Both the position numbers and the translations under genes were made by a program. Positions 54,301 to 61,472 of a stretch of DNA of 64,000 nucleotides are shown here, piece after piece. The stretch comes from Euryarchaeota archaeon UBA463. Its GTDB lineage: Archaea > Thermoplasmatota > Poseidoniia > Poseidoniales > Thalassarchaeaceae. Positions within the stretch are counted from its first letter, which is position 1. Each line of letters begins with the position of its first letter. Location of the stretch: NCBI GenBank assembly GCA_002501805.1, contig DAOI01000008.1, forward strand, positions 31,420 to 95,419, read 5' to 3'. Below the pieces are notes generated by a model. It was not told the origin of the DNA, ran no database searches, and worked only from the letters and a program-made list of their open reading frames with translations.

Positions 54301-56338
54301 TAGCCCCATCGTCTCTAAACATCGAGCCATTGAGATTGTGGAGGTCTGCATCATCATCGAGGTCACAGTTCTCATCAATATCCAACCAGTCTAGTACCCC
54401 ATCGTTATCATCATCTACATCTTCCCAGTTATTGAAGCCGTCTCCGTCCCAATCGTTGTTTCCTGTGTAGGATTTTCTTTCTGTCGTACACCTAGGGTCG
54501 GGGTTGACTGGATTTGGATTTTCCAGACTTGGACAGTCCCAAGATGCAACCTGATCACTAGTGGCGTTCATGAAAGGATCTAGCTCATTTACAATCCCAT
54601 CATTATCCAAATCGTATGGTAGATCGTTCGGATCGTTTGCGGGATTACCAAGTAGGTTATCTGCCGGAACCGCTCCCCCTACATCTGTGTCCTTCCAATC
54701 CCAGACGAGATCGTAATCAGAGTCTATTGGTCTGTAAATATCGTCATCCAGATCCCTATCATAATCAAGTTCACAGTCAATGCCGGGAGTGCCTATTGGC
54801 TGGGAGTTGGGCAAATCTCCATTTCCATCAGAGTTAGTGTCGACCTGCATGCATGAGTCTGGAATTCCGTCATTGTCGTCATCGACATCCCACATATCGA
54901 GGAGTCCGTCGTTATCGTCGTCTGTGTCTGCAGAGTCTGGGGACCCATCATTGTCGTTGTCTGGATCGACGAAATTAGGGATTCCATCCCCATCTAAATC
55001 TCCATCTATGACCTGAGTGAATGTTTGACCCCTGGGGTGCCAAACTGTTCTTTCCTTGGTGACGAAGTTGAATTTATCGGTCCCATAAATATCCTCGTCC
55101 AAGTTGAATGCGTCTGGCAATGTCTGGCTTGTCTCCGCGCCGACTATGACTCTTCCTTCAAACTGAGTAGAGCCTGTCGATGGATCGGTGAAAGTCCAAG
55201 TTCCCTGGGACGAGAATGTGAATGAGAACGTGTCTCCTGTACTCATAGAGCCACTATCGAAGGAGCCATCGTCAGCTGTGACATTGTGAGGCTCAGAGTC
55301 ATCGTTAGTCCAAACTACTGTATCGCCCTCCTCAATGGTCACTCTATCAGGAGTCAATCCATTCTCTCCGATTGATATCGATACTGTCTCGGTTGCTCCC
55401 CATTCTGTTGCAGTGTCCCACTCTGGTGCAGTAGTAGTGATGTTTGTGGTAATCGAAGAATCCCAAGGATGGGAGTCCCAGATATCCTCGATGCCATCGT
55501 CATCGTCATCGGAGTCGAAGTAGTCCTGAGTTCCGTCCGAATCGAAATCACACGGCCAGACGAATTGGTCTATCCTACCATCGTTGTCATCGTCCTCGTC
55601 GAAGGAATCTGGCCCAGAGCCGTCTGTATCGTCGTCGGTGATTCCATCGTTGTCGTGATCCAAGGGGTTCTGATCAACTCTGTAGCCTACTCCTACAGGG
55701 GTTCCAGTCCAAGGATGTACTGTTGTTGGTTCCACATATCTGTCCATGGAGACATTTCTTGGGTCTGCCCCTTGACTGTAGTCAATGGGCCCCTCTAGAA
55801 TTCCATCGTTATCGTCGTCAAAGTCGAATTCGTCTAACTGTCCGTCATTATCGTGATCGAATGGATGGGTTCCAAAACAGCCATCGAACATCTCTATCAG
55901 GTCGTTTATCCCATCGTTATCGTCGTCCAGGTCGCTGAGATCCCCAATACCATCATTGTCGTGATCCTCAGCATCGGTCTCCTCTAGGAAAAAGGCATAT
56001 TCTGGTTGCATCATCAGAGCGGAAGGATCCGAAACCTTGCCGTAGTAGGACATCTGATCATGGAAAGAGGGGTCCGTGAATGCTGGATGATTGAAAAAGT
56101 GCTGCTGGACTCGCGTTGGCTGGGAGATGTCACTCGGTGGCCACTCTGCTTGACCGCTCTGTTGGAATGGCTCCCTATCTTGAGCATCGCTCGCTACTGA
56201 AGACTTCTCATCATATGTCTCAAAATCTTGGAAAGAGTACATTTGCGTACTGAAGAGCATTATGCCCACCAACATTACTGCAGTGAGTGCTTTTCGATAG
56301 TCTCCACTAAACTTTCCTAAAACTTTCCCAACAGACAT
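48317..56338 (-). CDS. Giant (~2670 aa) surface protein: signal anchor, three blocks of thrombospondin type-3-like Ca-binding repeats, cupredoxin-like domain, beta-rich Ig-like region, C-terminal TM helix and DUF4129-like cytoplasmic tail
   Basis: Dozens of DxDxDGxxDxxDxDDDNDG repeats. I prefer the start MSVGKVLGKF...ALTAVMLVGIMLFSTQMYSF at 56338, because the track start at 56713 would overlap panD. TM FFTAQVTVVLLIALSFALLIGAIMY sits near the C-terminus, followed by ETTREFEDALNSML...LFEEARYSNHEIG. Confidence 0.8.
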   Translation of the reverse strand: MSVGKVLGKFSGDYRKALTAVMLVGIMLFSTQMYSFQDFETYDEKSSVASDAQDREPFQQSGQAEWPPSDISQPTRVQQHFFNHPAFTDPSFHDQMSYYGKVSDPSALMMQPEYAFFLEETDAEDHDNDGIGDLSDLDDDNDGINDLIEMFDGCFGTHPFDHDNDGQLDEFDFDDDNDGILEGPIDYSQGADPRNVSMDRYVEPTTVHPWTGTPVGVGYRVDQNPLDHDNDGITDDDTDGSGPDSFDEDDDNDGRIDQFVWPCDFDSDGTQDYFDSDDDDDGIEDIWDSHPWDSSITTNITTTAPEWDTATEWGATETVSISIGENGLTPDRVTIEEGDTVVWTNDDSEPHNVTADDGSFDSGSMSTGDTFSFTFSSQGTWTFTDPSTGSTQFEGRVIVGAETSQTLPDAFNLDEDIYGTDKFNFVTKERTVWHPRGQTFTQVIDGDLDGDGIPNFVDPDNDNDGSPDSADTDDDNDGLLDMWDVDDDNDGIPDSCMQVDTNSDGNGDLPNSQPIGTPGIDCELDYDRDLDDDIYRPIDSDYDLVWDWKDTDVGGAVPADNLLGNPANDPNDLPYDLDNDGIVNELDPFMNATSDQVASWDCPSLENPNPVNPDPRCTTERKSYTGNNDWDGDGFNNWEDVDDDNDGVLDWLDIDENCDLDDDADLHNLNGSMFRDDGANDIDTDIDGDGLSNDIDWDDDNDGISDLYDPDDGNCGVVDSDSTDQFDNSYSHQDGDTIDGSDDSTTYTFLQPLRWDQFWHFSPFFAENHDFILPYNGYQESTDPATGVTTMDSNGVVPEMYWHVMMKWSPWNGNNYFDIDMDGDSLINGIDVDMDADGMPDWWDQDEGSDGRLDVNDPSFGGSLNDGECDLSLFYMYFQIGFQPIACGVELAWLYGWPILEETGQGFGIYTLPYSTRPDPQWDQGSYNGSNSNGQWTCNKNCFWFDFNGNQDVGPSSAVSYVDIKDNRDLWIAFVGVNRGLFQWGADSNANMFPDEVADLLNNDVDPDDDCGAPVAGNMEPQCMFNDTADLDDDFDGVYDHWDIDDDNDGVWDFLDIDSNDDLDDDANTEPPGSFFTGTNCEDGDDDGTDTDPDDDGWYQAVWDKGLLGQGLLSPRYYDVDNDNDGIPDGEDPDDDNNGVSDAVQETLPGCFTGEEQSPWDHDNDGIPNWADNDWDGDGIVNVIEQSGATPFITPWDHDNDGLRDDIDDDDDADGMKDEDEVMLWPTRFDSESTNPWDHDDFGNGSGIANPTDPSTGPDAIDNDDDADNRTDVDWDHLEEDWNGSSDWDQDNDGIPDEDDKIPTRITLSTEQVLWLDAFFPAKFNGSVDWLDPEQGVFTRAPNVPVQVIIEWASNGTLALETIDVLTDENGEFEVGQYLFPEDLEVGPSSTYNIYAEVTEMFVHDGATTEPVPVEVRANTTVDYVAWTYFRSDEQPLFVDYKVHYAADWDRGIFDNRLSYAPVSFNVSGGPFGNTTNPTVFDGYGYGYRADEGGWISLTFVQESGSQGIWKQVQWNSTMDNGPGAIPGGYEEIVWDDFSKTHNVIGRYNYTSTSLPIGDYTFTAYSRPDLGSELPWPYLEGDESDSFNIRSMHRMYVEADIITPSIRPVYFWDATQFTGSTFGAWRALFHSPSLANANLDYQDVSLGKPYPILWDGNPQSLAGEASRLRPFLSSNGTHWFIAMQNGGDFNVPPCGPVDPLDPDSDVRCEIVPEMFTGESLRVVGSVWNRTMVPWPHDPMALQVDVDGNGVFAGSTETGFARVPSMIDGVAQFDYNWTWYSQYSAGVFGIRADFTNSNYYFTGNQTSVLAPTGAYVNVSVIGTTDFQFSSIPRLYRGQNVTLEARLIDNAFQPVRDAPVNYTWSADNSAGVAITDNNGVLKVNLTIDEFHELGNFTLGVTYPGDPFRQGSSSDTSLWVVSRTYLSVQSTTPNLLQAGDIWEFSGQVTDDNRTAVEKDLGEALDGCFENGGEVLLIMEGTDFEDRTHRQIIETLCPNAGSIYHNLLLNPQLLKDDPNSFLPDGFGPVNVILRFAENLPHEGCEPLDADALETSGAWDPCALVVNSDHYRKVMQFQVDGFSLIGRTQLSVDDQIVYTSEIDPTTGQAIEKPMIVTGQLTDELGSNLSNRAIRITYEMVDASLGVISCIPGTTDANGFFEIVCPLSGVTAGQARVNIQFNSYENNDRYRYSNSSSTRIFPVFSNSTMQIMEVGPFRSDVDTYTFQNGSEFPVVYLKESFHVEALLTQVNGNPIGGKCLNIYINPETNTRPIGTMITEDGTGWVKWFSGDPDDNPSRRGIEPDGESLEGFRTLRVAYEPDRELPGGCRAETTPVVNSSFMDMEVLVRSRVDILLKNHWSDPVGYKPGDDITGSVAILRDRLDVAVAGETVIFKIQYWNGTGWVNIPPQYDVTNEQGEAEFNFTYLGEDVPFAGECGQMDTFGNPWPCAVDGKWQVTVHFQESSFYQGEDLENTPLIRLDTTQPEGQTSFFTAQVTVVLLIALSFALLIGAIMYRNYAERRRIEIIRGILTDSLMSLKASNDFIQTIFNCYKDLVRFFRKRGAMKKVYETTREFEDALNSMLGGIAPPEDLDEFFALFEEARYSNHEIGAEQRDRAISTLQSIINHMTVSLGDSVLMRTSDNESSMYGSVTRAGEFVDSEGQVRLAGVDEDDPDSGFKI

Positions 56339-56476
56339 GCTAACACCAGTAACGTAGTTAGGAGCTGTTTGACTTATGAAGAGGTACCCCTGATTCTGAA
56401 ATAGAGTATCAATGAGGGCTTGGAGTATCAGTCGTGACAACCTTGGGTTGAAATCTACCGATGTCTTCGGAGCATC

Positions 56477-56839
56477 ATGACAAGTATGCGATGGATGCTT
56501 ACTTCGAAGATTCACAGAGCCACGGTGACTGCGGCCGATCTGGATTATGTTGGTTCGATAACCATTGACAGAGATCTGATGGAAGCCGCGGGCTTGGTCG
56601 AGTGGGAGGGGGTTCACGTTCTGGATATAACCAACGGGAATCGCTTGGAGACATATGTTATCGAGGGAGAGAGGGGGTCTGGGGAAATCTGCATTAATGG
56701 TGCCGCGGCTCATCTAGTTAGGCCTGGTGACTTAGTGATTATCTTAGCTTACTCGAGTATTGATGAGAGTCAGATTAACGGACACTCCCCGAGAGTGGTG
56801 CATGTAGACGGGAAAAATCGACTAACTCATACTCTGTGA
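56477..56839 (+). CDS. panD: Aspartate 1-decarboxylase, pyruvoyl-dependent (PanD)
   Basis: [34 protein letters not shown] contains the Gly-Ser self-cleavage site, and [17 protein letters not shown] follows. The true start is probably Met at 56486 or 56495. Confidence 0.85.
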   Translation: MTSMRWMLTSKIHRATVTAADLDYVGSITIDRDLMEAAGLVEWEGVHVLDITNGNRLETYVIEGERGSGEICINGAAAHLVRPGDLVIILAYSSIDESQINGHSPRVVHVDGKNRLTHTL

Positions 56840-57258
56840 TAGGATGATCCTTTATTTATCTCAGAGGCCCTGTACAGTTGCTCTAACAGAATGGCCGAAG
56901 CCATTTCATGGGTGAGAGTCATTCTTGATATCGAAATCGTCCTGTGTCTGGACTTGAATTCCTCACTGAACCCATCGACAGGACCGATGGCGAAGATTAG
57001 GTTCTCTCCAGAGATAGCTACGTCCGATAAAAGGCTCGCAATCTCTAAGCTAGTGAATTGATTGCCAGACTCGTCTAGGAGGATTAGTTTACCACTCCTG
57101 TTTTCTATCCTGTCTTGGTATTCCGAGGTGGATACCTTGTCCGAATGAATCTCAATGTCTATTCCAGATGAGGAAATCCTCTTTCCATAACTCTCTATCA
57201 GGTCCTTGGTACCAAGTCCCCTTGGTCGACCATGGAGATGTACGATGACACGTCCCAT
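56827..57258 (-). CDS. rlmH: SPOUT rRNA methyltransferase RlmH-like
   Basis: [20 protein letters not shown]...[15 protein letters not shown]...[35 protein letters not shown] matches the RlmH pattern. Met at 57258 fits the family N-terminus better than the track start at 57291. Confidence 0.75.
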   Translation of the reverse strand: MGRVIVHLHGRPRGLGTKDLIESYGKRISSSGIDIEIHSDKVSTSEYQDRIENRSGKLILLDESGNQFTSLEIASLLSDVAISGENLIFAIGPVDGFSEEFKSRHRTISISRMTLTHEMASAILLEQLYRASEINKGSSYHRV

Positions 57259-57296
57259 GGTTTGATGGTACGTAAGGAAGACTTTGGACATTCGTA

Positions 57297-57662
57297 ATGA
57301 TGAATAGAGGGGGCCCCTTGGTTGAACTGAGATTTATGAGATGGTGGCCCTTTGGTAAGCGTGGTAGGGCTATAGTCGAGGATTCACCGCATGTAAAGGG
57401 GACCAGGATGTGGCTCCAGGAGCTCAGATCAGTCTGTGAGAGAAACTATCAGAGTCCTTCTGCGGGGCAGTCGCTAGTTAGAGAAATGCAAGTAGAGTGG
57501 ACTGATGCAAACCGAAGGGGGGACCTAGATGATATGCTATTGCAGGGACTAGATAGGAGGGCCTTCAGACTACTAAGAGCGAGTGCCGAAGAGTGGATTG
57601 ATTGGCTAGATAATGAAAAGTTCTGGGAGCCCGGATGGAAAGGCGGATTCGAAACGGAGTGA
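57297..57662 (+). CDS. Hypothetical protein (121 aa)
   Basis: Intact ORF, W/R/E-rich, no recognisable motif. Its TGA shares 1 nt with the ATG at 57662 of the next gene. Confidence 0.45.
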   Translation: MMNRGGPLVELRFMRWWPFGKRGRAIVEDSPHVKGTRMWLQELRSVCERNYQSPSAGQSLVREMQVEWTDANRRGDLDDMLLQGLDRRAFRLLRASAEEWIDWLDNEKFWEPGWKGGFETE

Positions 57663-58360
57663 TGGATGTGTGGTTCTGGATTGTTATTTTCGCGATAGTG
57701 GGTTTGGCATGCCTCTGGTATAGCAGACATCAACCATTTCCAGAAATTAGTGGAAGATTCTCAGTCTTATTGTTGACCATATCTATTCTTCTATGGCTAT
57801 CCAGCACAGCACCCAGGTCAACGTCAGAAGAAGTTCCTGCTATTGTAGCCACTGTCATAGGTGGTCTTGGAGTGGTTTTTGGGGTCAGACATATGACAAC
57901 TACGCACAGAGATGTGGTTGTGGCTCCGTTTGGGGGAGTACTGCTCTGTATAGGTTCAATAAGCCTACTCTCAGAAAGATGGAGTGATTATGATCAGACT
58001 GAGCAACTGATTTCTTTCGCTCTGGCTTCGGTTCTCGTGACACTTGAGATATATCTGTCATTCAGAGGGCTGGTAATAGGCATCCAGGGGATTTCATGGT
58101 CTAAGTCTGGTCTGAGGCAGGTAAGGAGGGGTTTACTGGAAGGCCCAAGAGGCGCCGTTTCTCATTTTGAGAAGTCATGGCATTCAGAGGACCAGTGGTT
58201 GACCGCAATGAGTCATGCGGCCCTAGTACTAATCCACAGACATATGGGGGATACTGAAAACGAGGAGTATCACGATTTGGAGCTTGAGAAACTCGGTGGT
58301 TGGGATTCAGTAGATGAGTCTTGGACGAGCGCTATTCGGGATGGTCTTTCAGAGCTGTGA
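57662..58360 (+). CDS. Membrane protein (about 5 helices) with a short soluble C-terminal region
   Basis: I prefer the start MDVWFWIVIFAIVG at 57662 (the track start is 57635). Hydrophobic helices extend through aa ~150. No recognisable motif. Confidence 0.5.
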   Translation: MDVWFWIVIFAIVGLACLWYSRHQPFPEISGRFSVLLLTISILLWLSSTAPRSTSEEVPAIVATVIGGLGVVFGVRHMTTTHRDVVVAPFGGVLLCIGSISLLSERWSDYDQTEQLISFALASVLVTLEIYLSFRGLVIGIQGISWSKSGLRQVRRGLLEGPRGAVSHFEKSWHSEDQWLTAMSHAALVLIHRHMGDTENEEYHDLELEKLGGWDSVDESWTSAIRDGLSEL

Positions 58361-58401
58361 TTTAGGGACTTTGATATTCTTGGGCCTGTCCGCACGGTTC
58401 A

Positions 58402-58986
58402 ATGGTTCGAATAACAAAGGTTCACACTGGTGGCGGAGATGGGGGGGAAACCTCTCTTGTAGACGGCTCACGAGTAGGAAAGGAGCATCCCCGAGTCGCT
58501 ATTTATGGCACAATAGACGAAGCTAATTCAGCAATCGGTATCGTACGTTCGGAGATAAAACACAGACCCAGGGGCGATGGCCATCGTCTGACTGAAGCCG
58601 ATCAGATGCTAGGAATAATCCAACAGGAATTATTTGATGTCGGTGCAGAATGTGCTTGTCCTCCGGGAGGGGTTCCAGAGCAGATGTCAATAATAGGAGA
58701 GGATGCTGGTAATAGATTGGTAGAGGAGATGGATTACATGTTGCAGGATTTAGATCCTCTTTCGTCATTTGTACTCCCGACGGGAAATCCTGTAGTAGCT
58801 CATCTGCATATGGCTCGTACCATTGTCCGTAGGGCGGAGAGGGAAGCCTGTGCACTTCGTGAAGAGGTCAGAACTGAGGTTATAAGCTACCTAAATAGGC
58901 TCTCAGACCACTGTTTCGTCCTCTCTCGCTGGCTTACTGGAGAAGAAGGAGAAGCCCTATGGACCCCTCTGGGAAAGAGAGTTTAG
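58402..58986 (+). CDS. ATP:cob(I)alamin adenosyltransferase, PduO/MMAB type
   Basis: ITKVHTGGGDGGETSLVDGSRVGKEHPRVAIYGTIDEANSAIG plus LQQELFDVGAE, FVLP.G and LH.ART..RRAER match the PduO-type family pattern. Confidence 0.85.
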   Translation: MVRITKVHTGGGDGGETSLVDGSRVGKEHPRVAIYGTIDEANSAIGIVRSEIKHRPRGDGHRLTEADQMLGIIQQELFDVGAECACPPGGVPEQMSIIGEDAGNRLVEEMDYMLQDLDPLSSFVLPTGNPVVAHLHMARTIVRRAEREACALREEVRTEVISYLNRLSDHCFVLSRWLTGEEGEALWTPLGKRV

Positions 58987-58988
58987 AA

Positions 58989-59426
58989 TCAAGTAACAAT
59001 ACCTGATTTTTTCATATGAAATATCGCCGACCTGATTAGCTCCTTCTCTTGGTCGAATGTGAGCATGGACTCGGCCTCCTCATAGTTTAGCCAGATATAG
59101 CTAGTATGCTCTTCGGAGAGCTCTACATCGATTTCATCGGTAGTGGCAATATACCAAAAAACCTGTTTTGTGGTTTTCTTACCTTTCTTTCTGAAGGTAT
59201 ATTGTGTTCTGTACTCCCAATTGGAGTCTATCTCCAGGGTACTGATTCCTGTTTCCTCCAATAATTCCCTTGATGCCGTCACGTGGTGGTCGTCATCCCC
59301 ATCTTCTACATGTCCCTTGGGAAAGCTCCAATGTCCCTGTGGATATTGGAGAAGGAGGATAGCGTCATAGTTAATCAGAACAAGCCCGCAGGAGGTCTCC
59401 ATAACCTTGGAATTCGAGGAGGCCAT
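58989..59426 (-). CDS. NUDIX hydrolase
   Basis: Nudix box: GHWSFPKGHVEDGDDDHHVTASRELLEETGI. Confidence 0.85.
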   Translation of the reverse strand: MASSNSKVMETSCGLVLINYDAILLLQYPQGHWSFPKGHVEDGDDDHHVTASRELLEETGISTLEIDSNWEYRTQYTFRKKGKKTTKQVFWYIATTDEIDVELSEEHTSYIWLNYEEAESMLTFDQEKELIRSAIFHMKKSGIVT

Positions 59427-59512
59427 GAGCGTAGTACGGGCATCTGGGTCAAAACATTACTCATTGATATGACCAAAAGCACCTTTGAGTAGATAGTTTC
59501 CCAGAGATTTTC

Positions 59513-60490
59513 ATGGAGGTAGATCCGTTGTCATTGGATATACGCAGGATAGTAACTGATAGTGACCTAGATGGCGTGGTGACAGGATCAATACTCAGAA
59601 GATGGTGGCCTGATTCAGAAGTGGTTTTTGGACATCCTGGAGAGTTGCGTGCGGGATTGATGGATCATCTGATGGATAGAAAGACGGCGGTTTGCGACTT
59701 GCCTAGGCATCCAAAATGTGGACTGAGCATTGATCATCATCAGTCAAACAAGCCCGTCGGAGATGAGGATGGCGTGATATCTGTGTGGAGGGCGACTCCA
59801 TCGGCGGCTAGGATTGCTCATGATTTACTGAAGAATAGGATTGATTTGTCAGATTTAGACGATCTTTTGGTCTGGGTGGATAAGCTGGACGGCGGGGGGG
59901 TAACCAGAGATGAGTATCTTTCAGATAATCCTGCAGTTTGGTTGGGGAGAGTCATCGACGTAAGTGAGGGAACTGCGATGGCGGTACTGGAGGGACTGCA
60001 GAGGGGGGATGAAATTGATCAGATTCTGGAGATTCCGCTTATTTCCAGGAAGCTTCGAGAGAGAAAGAGAGAGCGGGAGAAGCTGACAGAGATAATCGCC
60101 GAGAGGACTGTGGTGATAGATAGGATCGCCATAGCAAGACTAGATGGGTTAGGGATGCGTTCAAACGGCTATCATGTCACAGCATTCGCTGGTGACGCTT
60201 GTGACGCTTGTATAGTCATACATGGCGACATAGGGGCATCGTTTGGTGATGATACTGGATATCCTGTCTCAGCGTCCTTTTATACGAATTCGTTTCTCCA
60301 CAGAGAAGGGGGAATTTATGACTTGACGGGGCTAGCTACGCATTTCGACCCCGACGGAGGAGGGCATGCAAATGCGTGTGGCTGTAGGATCAAACCACTC
60401 GAAAAGGGCAGGGTAACTGATCGTAAAGTAACTGAGGAGGATGTTCGAGAGAACATATCAGAGTGGCTCAGATTGTGGTCTGAACGCTAG
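59513..60490 (+). CDS. DHH/DHHA1 phosphoesterase (NrnA/RecJ-like small nuclease or pAp phosphatase)
   Basis: Motif I DSDLDG, motif II VCDLP, motif III SIDHHQSN, and DHHA1 GGGHANACG near the C-terminus. Confidence 0.75.
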   Translation: MEVDPLSLDIRRIVTDSDLDGVVTGSILRRWWPDSEVVFGHPGELRAGLMDHLMDRKTAVCDLPRHPKCGLSIDHHQSNKPVGDEDGVISVWRATPSAARIAHDLLKNRIDLSDLDDLLVWVDKLDGGGVTRDEYLSDNPAVWLGRVIDVSEGTAMAVLEGLQRGDEIDQILEIPLISRKLRERKREREKLTEIIAERTVVIDRIAIARLDGLGMRSNGYHVTAFAGDACDACIVIHGDIGASFGDDTGYPVSASFYTNSFLHREGGIYDLTGLATHFDPDGGGHANACGCRIKPLEKGRVTDRKVTEEDVRENISEWLRLWSER

Positions 60491-60900
60491 TCTTCAGCGA
60501 GAGGGCCTACACTTAGCAGGACATAAACGGACTGAGTGAGCATCAGGAAGCCAATTAGGGACATTACTAACCCGGTCGGCGTAGGTAGGATTTCCTGCAT
60601 ATGGTTTCCAGTATACCATGCCATAGAAAGAACACCTATTGAGGATGCTAAAACGATGTAAGCAGATTTTCTCGGTTCGGCCCACAGATCAACCCAGGGA
60701 ATGAGTCCTCTTCTCTTGAAGGTGACTCTGTACCACGCGACGTATAGAAAGACCAAAGATACCGAACCCAGTAAACCCAGAGTAAAAGACTCGGATTTCC
60801 AAGGCCCAGGGGCGGAAAGCTTCAGAGTGATGACATTGAGCAGGATGACAGAGCCGACAATGGCATGAGCCTTCCAATTGGGCAAGTTGGCTTCATCCAC
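60487..60900 (-). CDS. Small membrane protein (4 helices)
   Basis: 137 aa, four hydrophobic segments, no recognisable motif. Confidence 0.45.
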   Translation of the reverse strand: MDEANLPNWKAHAIVGSVILLNVITLKLSAPGPWKSESFTLGLLGSVSLVFLYVAWYRVTFKRRGLIPWVDLWAEPRKSAYIVLASSIGVLSMAWYTGNHMQEILPTPTGLVMSLIGFLMLTQSVYVLLSVGPLAED

Positions 60901-61404
60901 GACGAATCGAAGAGGGTCCTGCGCTTGAATGCGACTAACAAGTGTATTACACGATTGCCACCTGCAACAGACGTGAAGGACGGGCTTGTTTGGGAGGAGT
61001 CAGTAGATCGAGCGCATCTAGATCTCAGATTCGAGGTGCTTCGAGAAGGGCTTCCGAGGGGTTCGGAGCATTACCCGGGCATAGACGAAGATGCGCGGAC
61101 TAGATTCCTTTGTGCGTATGAAGGGGGCAGGCTTGTTGGTTGCTCAACGTTGCAGACAGACGAAAGAGAGGGGTGTAGATTCAGAATAAGGGGAATGGCA
61201 GTCAGCCCTAATTTCCGAAACAGGGGAATCGGTTCACGAATCGTAAAGAGACTCCAGCAATATGCTTCTGAGCAGGGCACTGGGATTTGGTGTAATGCTA
61301 GAATTAGAGCAGTTCCCATGTACAGGAGATGTGGTTTTGTCGAGGTATCTGACGTTTTTGAGATTGAAGGAATAGGGTTGCATTACGATATGGAATGGAA
61401 ATAA
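60865..61404 (+). CDS. GNAT-family N-acetyltransferase
   Basis: Motif A: IRGMAVSPNFRNRGIGSRIVKRL. The start is uncertain because the track start overlaps the divergent membrane ORF by 36 nt. Confidence 0.75.
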   Translation: MSLPIGQVGFIHDESKRVLRLNATNKCITRLPPATDVKDGLVWEESVDRAHLDLRFEVLREGLPRGSEHYPGIDEDARTRFLCAYEGGRLVGCSTLQTDEREGCRFRIRGMAVSPNFRNRGIGSRIVKRLQQYASEQGTGIWCNARIRAVPMYRRCGFVEVSDVFEIEGIGLHYDMEWK

Positions 61405-61415
61405 TTACAATGTTC

Positions 61416-61423
61416 TATATAAA
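61416..61423 (+). promoter_or_regulatory. TATA-box-like element upstream of the 61473 membrane protein gene
   Basis: tatataaa lies in a 68-nt AT-rich spacer, ~50 nt upstream of the ATG. Confidence 0.3.
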
Positions 61424-61472
61424 ATCTGAACAAACATCATAATTATTAGCCTTCGGTTGTCTTTATTGGTTA

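Noticed and set aside
52400-56000. Recurrent short nucleotide repeats (gat/gac-rich) that might be taken for a CRISPR or tandem-repeat array.
   Set aside because: They are the coding image of the DxDxDG calcium-binding repeats inside one intact ORF. They have irregular spacing, are not identical at the DNA level, and show no repeat-spacer structure.
56339-56713. A 125-codon N-terminal extension of the giant ORF (track start 56713).
   Set aside because: The extension overlaps the well-supported panD gene on the opposite strand. It has no signal-peptide character. The Met at 56338 is followed immediately by a signal anchor (ALTAVMLVGIMLFSTQMYSF). I treat the extension as an open-frame artefact.
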